From an uncultured Verrucomicrobiota bacterium (GTDB taxonomy: Bacteria; Verrucomicrobiota; Verrucomicrobiia; Limisphaerales; UBA8199): DNA of 64,000 nt. A program made the translations under genes and the position numbers. Shown one piece after another: positions 53,291 to 62,673 of this stretch. Numbering within the stretch: the first letter of the stretch is position 1; every line of letters begins with the position of its first letter. The notes under the pieces are model-generated. The model saw only the letters and a list, made by a program, of their open reading frames with translations, was not told the origin of the DNA and made no database searches. Location: contig CAZVYG010000005.1 of assembly GCA_964631605.1 (NCBI GenBank), positions 39,858-103,857 of the forward strand. Direction: 5' to 3'.

Positions 53291-54439
53291 ATGATTGCTG
53301 TGATTGCCGACGATTTGAGCGGAGCCACCGAACTGGCGGGGGTCGGCTGGCGTTTTGGCCTCACGACGGAGATTCTGGCCTGGCCCGAGCCGGTTTCCAC
53401 CGCCGAGCTGGTGGTTTACGACACTGACTCACGGCTCAGGCGACCCATTCAAGCAGCCCGATGCGCCGGCCGAGTGGCGCTCAAGCTCCGCCGAGCAAAG
53501 GCGGAATGGGTTTACAAGAAGGTGGATTCGGTCTTGCGGGGGAACGTCCTGGCTGAAATCCAGGCCATCTGCTTTCGTTTGAAGCTGCAGGGTTGTTTGT
53601 TGGCGCCCGCCAACCCGCAAGCCGGACGCATCATTCGGCAAGGCAGGTACTTCATCAACGGCGTCCCCCTTAACCACACCGACTTTCGTCGCGACCCGGT
53701 TCATCCGCGTCGCTCGTGCCGGGTGAAGCAACTCCTGGATCCCACCGGCCGGCGCGCGATCCGGCTCCTGAACCCGGGGACCAGGGAACTGCCTCCAGGC
53801 CTCGCGGTCGGCCAGGCGGCCACTGCCGCTGACCTTCGTCATTGGGCCGGCTTGGTCACTCCCGCAACACTCCCGGCGGGGGGAGCCGAATTCTTTCGGG
53901 CGCTGCTGACCGCCCGAGGATTGGTCCCGCGCCACCTTCCCGCGGAACCGGCTCCCCAGGCGCGCCGCACCCTGTTTGTCTGCGGCAGCATTTCCGCCCG
54001 GTCCCTGGAATTCATCGAGGCTTCTCGCAAAAGGAACTGGCCGGTTGTGCTGATGCCGCCGGAGGTCATTGCGGGTAAGGCCGCCCCAGCGGCCCAGCGG
54101 GCCTGGACCTGCGGCATTTGTGCCGCCCTGCCACAGCATCGCCACGTGTTGCTGGGGATTGGCCCGCCGGTTAACCCCGGGAGGCGGGCGGGCGCCCGTC
54201 TGGGCAATCTTTTGGTTGACGCCGCCCGGGAAGTGCTGATGCGGTGCGCCCCGGACCGGGTGTGCATCGAGGGCGGAGCCACGGCGGTTTTGCTTCTCCG
54301 GCGCCTGGGGGTCACGCGCTTGCGGGTCGAGCACGACTTCGCCATGGGCGTCACGGCCGTTCGGGCTGCGAACGGCGCCGGACCCCAAATCGTGGTCAAG
54401 CCGGGGAGTTATCCGTGGCCGGCGTCTCTGCTGGCTTAG
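53291..54439 (+). CDS. Four-carbon acid-sugar kinase family protein (DUF1537; OtnK/DtnK/OiaK-like)
   Basis: The ATG at 53291 gives the family-typical N-terminus MIAVIADDLSGATELAG. Further motifs: YKKVDSVLRGN, APANPQAGR. The C-terminal nucleotide-binding half contains CIEGGATA. Confidence 0.8.
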   Translation: MIAVIADDLSGATELAGVGWRFGLTTEILAWPEPVSTAELVVYDTDSRLRRPIQAARCAGRVALKLRRAKAEWVYKKVDSVLRGNVLAEIQAICFRLKLQGCLLAPANPQAGRIIRQGRYFINGVPLNHTDFRRDPVHPRRSCRVKQLLDPTGRRAIRLLNPGTRELPPGLAVGQAATAADLRHWAGLVTPATLPAGGAEFFRALLTARGLVPRHLPAEPAPQARRTLFVCGSISARSLEFIEASRKRNWPVVLMPPEVIAGKAAPAAQRAWTCGICAALPQHRHVLLGIGPPVNPGRRAGARLGNLLVDAAREVLMRCAPDRVCIEGGATAVLLLRRLGVTRLRVEHDFAMGVTAVRAANGAGPQIVVKPGSYPWPASLLA

Positions 54440-55934
54440 GGTGGGCGCCCGGCCGGCGTGCAAACCATAGGCTGGCCAGATAGCCCACGATCAATAGGAT
54501 GAGGTGATTCAGAATCCCGATTAGGAACGGGTGCCAGCGGTAGTTGAATGGCCCCAGATCGAGCAGCACGGTATTGAGGGCCGGCAACTGCACGGAGGTC
54601 AGCGTGGCCCAGGCCGTGAACAGGATGCACGCGACAATCCCGACAACCGCGCCCCGCCCGTTGGCGCGGCGGGTGAGGGCGCCCAGGGCGAACAGCCCAA
54701 GCATGCCCGCGGTGGCAATCGAGAACAACTGAACCCCCAATTCAAGAGCCGTACCGATTCCAATCCAGAGCTGGGAGAACAGGATGGCCAGGACGCCGAG
54801 AACGCCCACAACGATGCGTCCCGTCCACAGCCGCTGCCCGTCCGTGGCCTCGGGCCGCAGCCGCCCAAAGTAATCCTCCACGATCACCGTGGCCATGCTG
54901 TTGAGGTCGGAATCCAGGCTGGACATGGCGGCGGCGACCAGGGCGGCCACCACCAGACCGATCAGCCCCACCGGGAGCTGGGTCTTGATGAAATACGGAA
55001 CAATGTTGTCCTTGACCCGCACCACTTCCGGCGGCAGTGCCTGGCCCGTCACTTGAAAGAAGCCCCACAGGCAGGCGCCCAGCAGAAAGAACAGCAGCCA
55101 GATCGGCAAACAGGAGACCGCCCCGACGAAGGCGCTCATCCGCGCCTCGCGGTCAGTCGCGGCGACCAGGTATTTTTGGACGATGTGCTGATCCAGCGCA
55201 TATCGTTGCACCGCCCAGATGGCGCCGCCCACAACCAGGAACCAGCCGTTCATCTCGACCAGGCTGAAGGACCACTGGCCCAGCCCGAACTTCCCCCCCT
55301 CCCAAGCCGCCGTGAGCACGCCCCCAACTCCGGACGGCGGACGGAACAGGGCGATGCCCAGGCAGACCAGCGCGCCGGCGACCAGCAACAGACCCTGTAG
55401 CACATCCGCATAGACCACGGCCGCAATGCCGCCAGCCACGGTCATCGCCACCGTCACCAACCCCACGATGAGAATGACCCACCACACGTCATAACCGCTG
55501 AGATACGACACCGGCACTGCCAGAAAGTAAAGTGTGGCGCTCATGTCCACCACCCGGCTGACGATAAAGGCCGCGGCCCCGTAGGCCCGGGCGCCGTAGT
55601 TGAACCGCCGCTCGAGGTAATCGTAAATGCTCATCCGCACCGTGCGGCGGTAAAAGACCACGATGTGCCGCGCCACGAAGAGCATGACCACCGGCAACAT
55701 GAGAAAGGACGGCAGATTCCACATGTCGCGGGCAAACACGTTCCCCGGGTGGCCGACGAAGCTGGTGCTGCTGATCATCGTCCCCACGATCGCAAAGATC
55801 ACCACCCAGCCCGGCACCTTCCGACCCGCCAGAAAATAGTCCTCGGTGGTTTTCTGGTGGCGCGAGAAATAGATCCCAATCCCAAAAACGGCGGCGAGGT
55901 AAACCAAAACAATGATGGAATCCAGCAGGGTCAT
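54396..55934 (-). CDS. Sodium:solute symporter (SSS family)
   Basis: YFLAGRKVPGWVVIFAIVGTMISSTSFVG and about 13 TM segments. Convergent with the kinase gene, with a 44-nt 3' overlap. Confidence 0.88.
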   Translation of the reverse strand: MTLLDSIIVLVYLAAVFGIGIYFSRHQKTTEDYFLAGRKVPGWVVIFAIVGTMISSTSFVGHPGNVFARDMWNLPSFLMLPVVMLFVARHIVVFYRRTVRMSIYDYLERRFNYGARAYGAAAFIVSRVVDMSATLYFLAVPVSYLSGYDVWWVILIVGLVTVAMTVAGGIAAVVYADVLQGLLLVAGALVCLGIALFRPPSGVGGVLTAAWEGGKFGLGQWSFSLVEMNGWFLVVGGAIWAVQRYALDQHIVQKYLVAATDREARMSAFVGAVSCLPIWLLFFLLGACLWGFFQVTGQALPPEVVRVKDNIVPYFIKTQLPVGLIGLVVAALVAAAMSSLDSDLNSMATVIVEDYFGRLRPEATDGQRLWTGRIVVGVLGVLAILFSQLWIGIGTALELGVQLFSIATAGMLGLFALGALTRRANGRGAVVGIVACILFTAWATLTSVQLPALNTVLLDLGPFNYRWHPFLIGILNHLILLIVGYLASLWFARRPGAHPKPAETPATDNSPA

Positions 55935-56495
55935 CGGTCCTCAACACCGGGAGGGCCGGCGTGGCGCAACCGGCGAGCTGACGCGGGCCCAGGGAGTTGC
56001 ATCGTCATGCCGGCATGGTGCGGTGCGCAGGGGCGCCGCGCAAATCGAAAAGGCCCGGTGAGCCAAAAGTGCATCTTCCGGGCGTGCTTCGGGAATGGCG
56101 GGAAAGGGTTTGGGGGAGCCCGGGCCGACCGTCTCGCCGTCCTGGAACCCTCTCGCAGCCTTTGTTTACAAGGCTTTTTCGAGGCTCAAGGGGCGCCGGG
56201 GCGTTTCCATTGAGACGAGGGGTCCCGGAACGCGAGCGGTTCGGCCAAACGCCAAAAAGGGCATGTCATTTTTCCCAAAAAGGCATGTATCCCGGCCCGA
56301 AATTGTGGCAGGTTAAAGTGGAATTACACACAAGTCACATGCGCGCGGAAAACCGTAACGGGTGCTGTGGAAACGTGTCGGGCGCGGCGAGCCGGCCGCC
56401 CGGCGGGGGCCGCACTGCGGATGGCATCCGGCGCCTGCGGCGAGGCGCTTTTCCCTCCGTGTCCACCTCACACTTGAATTTTTAACGTCGGAACC

Positions 56496-57320
56496 ATGAG
56501 CCACACCATCACCATCTGCAAAACCAGTCCCGCCCGGGACCGGAAGACTGCCTTCACGCTGATTGAATTACTGGTGGTCATTGCGATCATCGCCATCCTC
56601 GCTTCGATGCTGCTGCCGGCGCTGGCGCGGGCCAAAGGCCGCGCCCTGGCCGTCGCCTGCATGAACAATACCCGGCAAATCATGCTCGGGTGGCAATTGT
56701 ATGTGAGCGACCATGAGGACAGGCTAATCCCCAACGCCAAGCCGGTCGAGGGCGGCATGGATTGGACGGCCAACCCGGATAACACGAACACCGCCAAGCT
56801 GCTGGACCCGGCGCAATCGGTGATGGCGGGTTATGTCAAGTCGGTGGCGGTGTGGAAATGCCCGGCGGACAAGTACCAGTCGGGGGCCAATCCCGGACCG
56901 CGCGTGCGCAGCCTGGCGATGAACGCCGCCTTGGGCGGCGCCCCCCGCATTGACAACAAGATTCCCGATCGCGAATACTTCGCCGCCCGCAAAATGTCCG
57001 ACCTGGTCCGGCCCGGCCCGGCGCTGATTTGGGTCACCCTGGACGAACACCCCGACAGCATCAACGATTCGGTCTTTCACTTGATTGAAGGTTTGCTGCC
57101 CACCATGGCGGCCTATCGCGACCTGCCCGCCAGCTATCATTACGGGGGCGGCGCCAATTTCTCCTTCGGGGACGGCCACTCCGAGATCAGGAAATGGAAG
57201 GACGATCGGACGAAGCTCCCGGTCAAGATGCAGTTCAAGTGGTGGGCGCCCTCGGGGGATTACGCGGTTCGCAGCAGCGTGGATTACATCTGGATGAACG
57301 ACGGCTGCCCTTACCGGTAG
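56496..57320 (+). CDS. Prepilin-type N-terminal cleavage/methylation domain protein (pseudopilin-like, H-X9-DG-type C-terminus)
   Basis: KTA|[43 protein letters not shown]-terminal motif: [17 protein letters not shown] (one residue longer than a strict H-X9-DG spacing). Confidence 0.9.
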   Translation: MSHTITICKTSPARDRKTAFTLIELLVVIAIIAILASMLLPALARAKGRALAVACMNNTRQIMLGWQLYVSDHEDRLIPNAKPVEGGMDWTANPDNTNTAKLLDPAQSVMAGYVKSVAVWKCPADKYQSGANPGPRVRSLAMNAALGGAPRIDNKIPDREYFAARKMSDLVRPGPALIWVTLDEHPDSINDSVFHLIEGLLPTMAAYRDLPASYHYGGGANFSFGDGHSEIRKWKDDRTKLPVKMQFKWWAPSGDYAVRSSVDYIWMNDGCPYR

Positions 57321-57356
57321 CCGTCCCCTTCCTCGCGCGCGGACCCGGGCGTGTGT

Positions 57357-57380
57357 CCCGCAGCCGTTGGCGGCTGCGGG
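57357..57380 (+). terminator. Strong intercistronic hairpin (possible attenuator or partial terminator) between the pilin-like gene and the giant gene
   Basis: cccgcagccg-ttgg-cggctgcggg: a perfect 10-bp stem with a 4-nt loop, 37 nt after the pilin-like stop. It is followed by caaaacaatttt, so there is no immediate U-run and the terminator function is uncertain. Confidence 0.4.
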
Positions 57381-57430
57381 CAAAACAATTTTACAGAATG
57401 CAGTAACAACCACGAAAACGTCTCAAACCT

Positions 57431-60400
57431 ATGAAAAGTGCATCCACTCCCGAGCCGCGCGGCTCGATGTTCCACCCGGCAAACCTCGGCGCCGCCCAGC
57501 CGGCTCCGCGCGCCGGAGTTTTCACGCGAATGCTTCCCGCGGTTGCCTGGCTCCTCCTGCTGGGGCTGGCCGCACCCCTCGCCAGCGGCCAAACGGTCAA
57601 CTTCCGCGCACCACGCGTGCGGGTGACCGTGCCGGTCAACTCGACCAACACGGCCGTCATCACCAACTGGGTGGATGTGGCGGACCTCGGCGGCGTACCG
57701 GTGGATTTTAGCGTGACAGGCCTGCCCGCCGGCGCCGCCTACACGCTGACCGACACCAACGGCGCGCCGTTGCTCTCGACGCTCGAGGACACCAACCTTT
57801 GCCTCACACTCTTCACGACCAACATCGCCGAGGGTGAATACACCTTCAGCCTGAATGGCACGGGCGGCGCCACCAACAGCGTGCTGCTGGTCCTCCAGGC
57901 CGCTCACCTCTGGAACGGGCCGCTGGCGGCCGCCGGCCAGTGGTCTTCACCCGACAACTGGCTGACCGGCGTGCCGGAACCACTCAGCGACGTGGTCTTC
58001 GGCGATTTGGGCGCCCAGACCAACAATTTCACCAACTGCATTGTGGACGCCGACACGACCATCGCCTCCCTGCGCTTCGCGCAGACGGCCCGGACCAATG
58101 AACTGGCGCCCGACGAAGCGCTGCGCCCCAATACTCACACCCTGCAAATCGCCACCGGCAAGACCCTGGCTGTCACCGGCCCGAAAGGCTTCCGCCTCCT
58201 CCGGGATTTTCTGTCGGACAATTCACCCAACACGGACTTCCCGACGCTTTATCCCATGTACGTCAACATTGTGGGCACCAACGCCACGCTGCTGGTCAGC
58301 AACGACGCCGCCAACGTGGCCCTGACCATCGAGGCGCAGTCGGCCCATACACTGAATCTCAGCGGCCTGTCGCGTTTTGTCGCGCGCGTGGATCGCGTCG
58401 GGCTGGGCGATTACTCGCTCTACCCGAATTTCTGGAACTATAACGACAATGGCTACAACGGTGTGCCGCGCCGGTTTATCCCCAGTGTCAACTTCGCCCG
58501 AACCAACATCATCACCGCCCTCTACGCCGACCCGAACAATTACACCAACTCGGATGCCCGGCTTTATTCCCTGTCGTTTGTGAACAGCGTTTACAGCGGC
58601 ACGACCACGATCCCGGTCTGGAACCTCGGCATCACCAACGCGTTTTTCGCCGACAGCGTCTGTCTGGTGGGCGCCAACCAGCAGGGGCGGGTGCAGTTCA
58701 ATCCCGCCTTCGCGACCAACACGGCGTGCTTTGCCTACTTCCGCAACACCAATGGCGGGCGGATGTCCATGTTCGCCGTCTCCGACGAGGCCGGCACCAA
58801 TTACGGCAGCAGCAACATCAAGTCCTTCATTGATTTCGGCGGCAACGGCGGGTCCGTGGACATTCTCACCGACCGCTTCTACATGACCCGGGACCGGAAA
58901 CTGCTGAACGGCGACCCGAATTTCCAGGGGCAGCTTTACATGGGCAAAGGGATCATTGACGCCAATACGGCCATCCTGGGCTACCAGGAGTTCACCGGCC
59001 GCAGCACCAATACCACGACCTACCGCGGCTACTGTCAGGCTTCGATCACGGTCAGCAACACCGCCGTTTTCAAGGTGAACGACACCCTCGAGCTCGGCTA
59101 TGCCACCGAAACCGATCCCCTCGCCGAGCCGTTTGAAAATCGCGGCGTCATCAACATTGGCCCCGGCGGCACGGTCCGCGCCAGGACAATTCTCTACGGC
59201 GGCCCGGCCAAAGTCTCGGCGGGCAGCGCGATCAACATGACCGCCGGCGCGACGCTGATCGTGTCCAACACCGTGGCCGGTCCGGACGCCTATTTGCCTT
59301 CCCTGAACATGAGCGACTCGATCCTGGTGCTGCATCTGGACGGGAGCCGAACCGAGCCGTACGTGTATGTGACCAACCTGGTCTGCAGCGGCCTGAGCAA
59401 CCAGATCAACCTGGCGACCATCACCGGCGTCAGCTCCTACCCGGCCCAGTTCCCGCTAATCAAGTATGAGAACGGCACGGCCAATTTCTCGGCCAAGATT
59501 CCGGCCGGGCAGTTCGGGTTTGTGCTCAACAACAGCGCGAACCAGACGATTGACGTGTATTTGTTCACCAATGCCCCCCGAACCCTCGAGTGGCGGGGCA
59601 ATCTGAGCGCCAATTGGGATACCACCACCAAGAACTGGGTGGAAGTTGGCGGGTCCACGCCGACCAACTTTAACCAGGGCGACGTGGTGATCTTCGACGA
59701 CGCCGCCACCAGCACCTCGATCAACATCGTGGACGGCGTGTTCCCGGGTCAGATCACCATGAACAACTCGACCAAGAATTACGAATTCTCCGGCGGCGCC
59801 ATTTCGGGCACCGGCAAGATCATCAAGCTGGGCAGCGGCAAGCTCACGCTGTCGGGGTTGTGCGAAAATTCGCTGGCGCTGACCAATGGGATGGTGGAAG
59901 TGACTGCCTCGGGCAGCGTGGGGTCGGTCGTGGCGGTGGCGGGCACCGTTTTCAAGAATTCCGGCACGGCTTTCGGTTTGACTTCGCTGGGCACCTCCTC
60001 GAGCGACGGCACCATTTCCGGTCCGGTGAGCATTAACGGCGGAACCTTCCTGAACAGCGGCACGATTTACACGCGTCCGGGAGGGTTGCTGATCACCAAC
60101 GCCATCGCCACCAACACCGCCTCGGGCAGGATTGACGTTGGCGTTGGCAACTGGACCATCGAGCGGGGCGGCACCCTGGTAAATAACGGCCTGATCAACA
60201 ACCTGGCCGGGCGGGTTAACATCAACCTCGGCGGCGTGCTTACCGGCACCGGCAGCGTGATTGACCCCAACAGCGCTTACACGGGCAACCCCGATGGCCG
60301 CGTCGCTGTGAACACTGGCGCGCTGCTGTCCCCCGGCGACACCACTTACAATTCGATCGGCACCTTCTATGCCGGCGGCCGGCTGGACCTCAACAGCGCC

Positions 60401-62581
60401 AACGGTTTGGCGGGCGTGTTGCGCATCGAATTCGATTTCAACAACCCGCAGGTGCACGACGTGGTCGGCGCGGATGAATTGGCCAACTCGGTTGGCATGA
60501 TTCAGATCACCAACATCAACCCGGGCGCCGGCTCGTTTGCCAGCGGCCAATCCTTCCTCGTCATCAGCAACAACAACGGGCCGACGATCCCCTTCACGCT
60601 GGGCGACCGGCCGGAGCAGATGCCGGTGATTTGGCCCCCGGCCCCCGGCCCCGGACTGGCCTGGTACCTGCGCGACCTGCGCACCAACGGCATCATCGGC
60701 ATCACCAATCCCCTGGTCTGGCGCGGCAGCGTCAACGCGAACTGGGACCGCGTGACCGCCAACTGGCTGGGCGGGGCGGTTTACAGCGACGAACGGGGCG
60801 TCCTGTTCGACGACACCGTGGGTAGCGGGCCGACCGACGTTTATTTGTCGGAGGTGGTGGCCCCGGGCAGTCCGGCGGATTATCACACCAACATGAGCGT
60901 CTTCCCCGGCATCATCGTCAGCAACGCCGCCAAGGCTTACACGTTCAAGGGTGACCTGGGCGGGCGCATCAGCGGCAAGAGCGGCCTGTACAAGACCGGT
61001 CCGGGCACCTTGACGATTGAAATCACGACCAACGATTACACCGGCCCGACGTTTGTGGACGGCGGCACCCTGGCCATCACCCTGCTGACCAACTGGAACG
61101 TGGTCAGCTCGCTGGGCCAGCCCAGCCGCTCGGCCCAGTCCGAGGGCAATACGGCTCCCATCTCCATCAACCAGGCCACGCTGAAGTATCTCGGCTCTTC
61201 CTCCGCTTCCGGCCGCTGGTTCCTCCTCGGTGAGGGCGGCGCGACCTTCGACATCCCGAACAGCGCGACCGCCCTGACCTTGAGCAAGCGCATCGTGGGG
61301 CCGGGATCCCTGACCAAGACCGGACCGGGCCTCCTCCAGCTCAACGAAGCGGGCAATATCTACGCCGGCGGCACCCTCGTGCAGGAGGGCACTTTGCGGC
61401 TTAACGCCGCGGCAGCCGGCTACGGCGGGATCACTCTGGCCGGCGGCACAACGCTCGAATTCCTCAGCACCTTCACCTTCACCAACCCGGTCAGCATCCC
61501 CGCGCCGGGAACGCTGGTCGTCGTCAATACCACGAACGTCTCGAGCGGTTCCTGGAGCGGCAACGGCAGTGTGACCATCAGCAACCGCGGGCTGTTCACC
61601 TTCAACGGGAACATCGCCGGGTTTGGCGGCACGATCTCGCTGGGCAGCAGCTCGGGCGCGCTGCGGTTCAACAACGGCAGCGCCAATGATTGCCTGGGCA
61701 GCGCCGCCGCCACGTTCGACCTCGGCACCGGCAGCGGCAGCCTCTACAACCTCAACGGCGGAGGCCTGACTTATGACCTCGGCGCTTTGGCGGGCGGCGC
61801 AAATACCATTCTCGCCGGCCGCAGCAGCACCAGCGGCACCCCGGGCACCACCTACCGCATCGGCGCCAATGGCAGCAACACCGTTTTCTATGGCAAGATC
61901 ACCAACGGCACCGACGTTGTTTCCGTCATCAAGGTTGGCTCGGGCAAGTTGACGCTCAACGGCAACAACGGCTACACCGGCTCAACCACCGTGAGCGCGG
62001 GCACGCTGGCGGGCTCCGGCACCTTCCTGGGCCCGGTGACCGTCGAGGCGGGCGGCACGCTCTCGCCCGGCGCTTCCATCGGCACGATGGGCATCACCAA
62101 CTCGTTGACCCTCGCCGGCACCTTGGTCATGGAAGTCAGCCGCGACGGCGCGACCCTCAGCAGTGACCAGATTGTTGGCCTGACGTCCGTCACTTTTGGC
62201 GGCACGCTCATCATCAGCAACGTCGGTCCGAGCGCCTTGCAGGCAGGCGACAGCTTCCAATTGTTCAATATTGGCAGCTCGCAGGACTTTGCCAGCATCA
62301 TCCTCCCGGCGTTGCCTTCGTCCACGCTGGCGTGGAGTTTCGACAAGGCCACCGGCGTGTTGTCGGTCGTGGATAACCGGCCGAAGCTTAATGTGGTTGT
62401 GGGCGCCGGCACCCTCGAGTTCTCCTGGAGCGAGGCGGGTTACCGGCTCCAGGCCCAAACGAACAGCCTGAGCTCGGGGCTCAGCAACAATTGGTACGAT
62501 TATCCGGGCGGCGCCACCAGCCCCGTCACCGTCCCGATCAACCCGGCCAATCCGACGGTGTTCTTCCGGTTGAGCAATTGA
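57431..62581 (+). CDS. Giant secreted PATR (autotransporter-associated beta-strand repeat) beta-helix protein with C-terminal FFRL domain
   Basis: Signal peptide: MLPAVAWLLLLGLAAPLASG. PATR units: IIKLGSGKLTLSG, LYKTGPGTLTIEITTNDYTGPTFVDGGTLAI, LTKTGPGLLQLNEAGNIYAGGTLVQEGTLRLN, VIKVGSGKLTLNGNNGYTGSTTVSAGTLAGSG. The conserved pre-C-terminal module (GGTLSPGASIGTM...AGDSFQLFN...LPSSTLAW) is also present in 3673..8274 and 37075..40164. Ends LEFSWSEAGYRLQAQTNSL...PTVFFRLSN*. Confidence 0.9.
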   Translation: MKSASTPEPRGSMFHPANLGAAQPAPRAGVFTRMLPAVAWLLLLGLAAPLASGQTVNFRAPRVRVTVPVNSTNTAVITNWVDVADLGGVPVDFSVTGLPAGAAYTLTDTNGAPLLSTLEDTNLCLTLFTTNIAEGEYTFSLNGTGGATNSVLLVLQAAHLWNGPLAAAGQWSSPDNWLTGVPEPLSDVVFGDLGAQTNNFTNCIVDADTTIASLRFAQTARTNELAPDEALRPNTHTLQIATGKTLAVTGPKGFRLLRDFLSDNSPNTDFPTLYPMYVNIVGTNATLLVSNDAANVALTIEAQSAHTLNLSGLSRFVARVDRVGLGDYSLYPNFWNYNDNGYNGVPRRFIPSVNFARTNIITALYADPNNYTNSDARLYSLSFVNSVYSGTTTIPVWNLGITNAFFADSVCLVGANQQGRVQFNPAFATNTACFAYFRNTNGGRMSMFAVSDEAGTNYGSSNIKSFIDFGGNGGSVDILTDRFYMTRDRKLLNGDPNFQGQLYMGKGIIDANTAILGYQEFTGRSTNTTTYRGYCQASITVSNTAVFKVNDTLELGYATETDPLAEPFENRGVINIGPGGTVRARTILYGGPAKVSAGSAINMTAGATLIVSNTVAGPDAYLPSLNMSDSILVLHLDGSRTEPYVYVTNLVCSGLSNQINLATITGVSSYPAQFPLIKYENGTANFSAKIPAGQFGFVLNNSANQTIDVYLFTNAPRTLEWRGNLSANWDTTTKNWVEVGGSTPTNFNQGDVVIFDDAATSTSINIVDGVFPGQITMNNSTKNYEFSGGAISGTGKIIKLGSGKLTLSGLCENSLALTNGMVEVTASGSVGSVVAVAGTVFKNSGTAFGLTSLGTSSSDGTISGPVSINGGTFLNSGTIYTRPGGLLITNAIATNTASGRIDVGVGNWTIERGGTLVNNGLINNLAGRVNINLGGVLTGTGSVIDPNSAYTGNPDGRVAVNTGALLSPGDTTYNSIGTFYAGGRLDLNSANGLAGVLRIEFDFNNPQVHDVVGADELANSVGMIQITNINPGAGSFASGQSFLVISNNNGPTIPFTLGDRPEQMPVIWPPAPGPGLAWYLRDLRTNGIIGITNPLVWRGSVNANWDRVTANWLGGAVYSDERGVLFDDTVGSGPTDVYLSEVVAPGSPADYHTNMSVFPGIIVSNAAKAYTFKGDLGGRISGKSGLYKTGPGTLTIEITTNDYTGPTFVDGGTLAITLLTNWNVVSSLGQPSRSAQSEGNTAPISINQATLKYLGSSSASGRWFLLGEGGATFDIPNSATALTLSKRIVGPGSLTKTGPGLLQLNEAGNIYAGGTLVQEGTLRLNAAAAGYGGITLAGGTTLEFLSTFTFTNPVSIPAPGTLVVVNTTNVSSGSWSGNGSVTISNRGLFTFNGNIAGFGGTISLGSSSGALRFNNGSANDCLGSAAATFDLGTGSGSLYNLNGGGLTYDLGALAGGANTILAGRSSTSGTPGTTYRIGANGSNTVFYGKITNGTDVVSVIKVGSGKLTLNGNNGYTGSTTVSAGTLAGSGTFLGPVTVEAGGTLSPGASIGTMGITNSLTLAGTLVMEVSRDGATLSSDQIVGLTSVTFGGTLIISNVGPSALQAGDSFQLFNIGSSQDFASIILPALPSSTLAWSFDKATGVLSVVDNRPKLNVVVGAGTLEFSWSEAGYRLQAQTNSLSSGLSNNWYDYPGGATSPVTVPINPANPTVFFRLSN

Positions 62582-62615
62582 ACGAACCCGTTCTGAATTG
62601 AATTGAAGCGCGTTG

Positions 62616-62651
62616 ACGCCGGGGCACGTTTGGAACCTGCCCCGGCGTTTT
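62616..62651 (+). terminator. Putative rho-independent terminator
   Basis: acgccggggca / tgccccggcgt: an 11-bp perfect stem with an 11-nt loop, followed by ttt. Begins 35 nt after the stop of the giant gene. Confidence 0.55.
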
Positions 62652-62673
62652 CGCAAACCGCCGCCTCTCCCCC

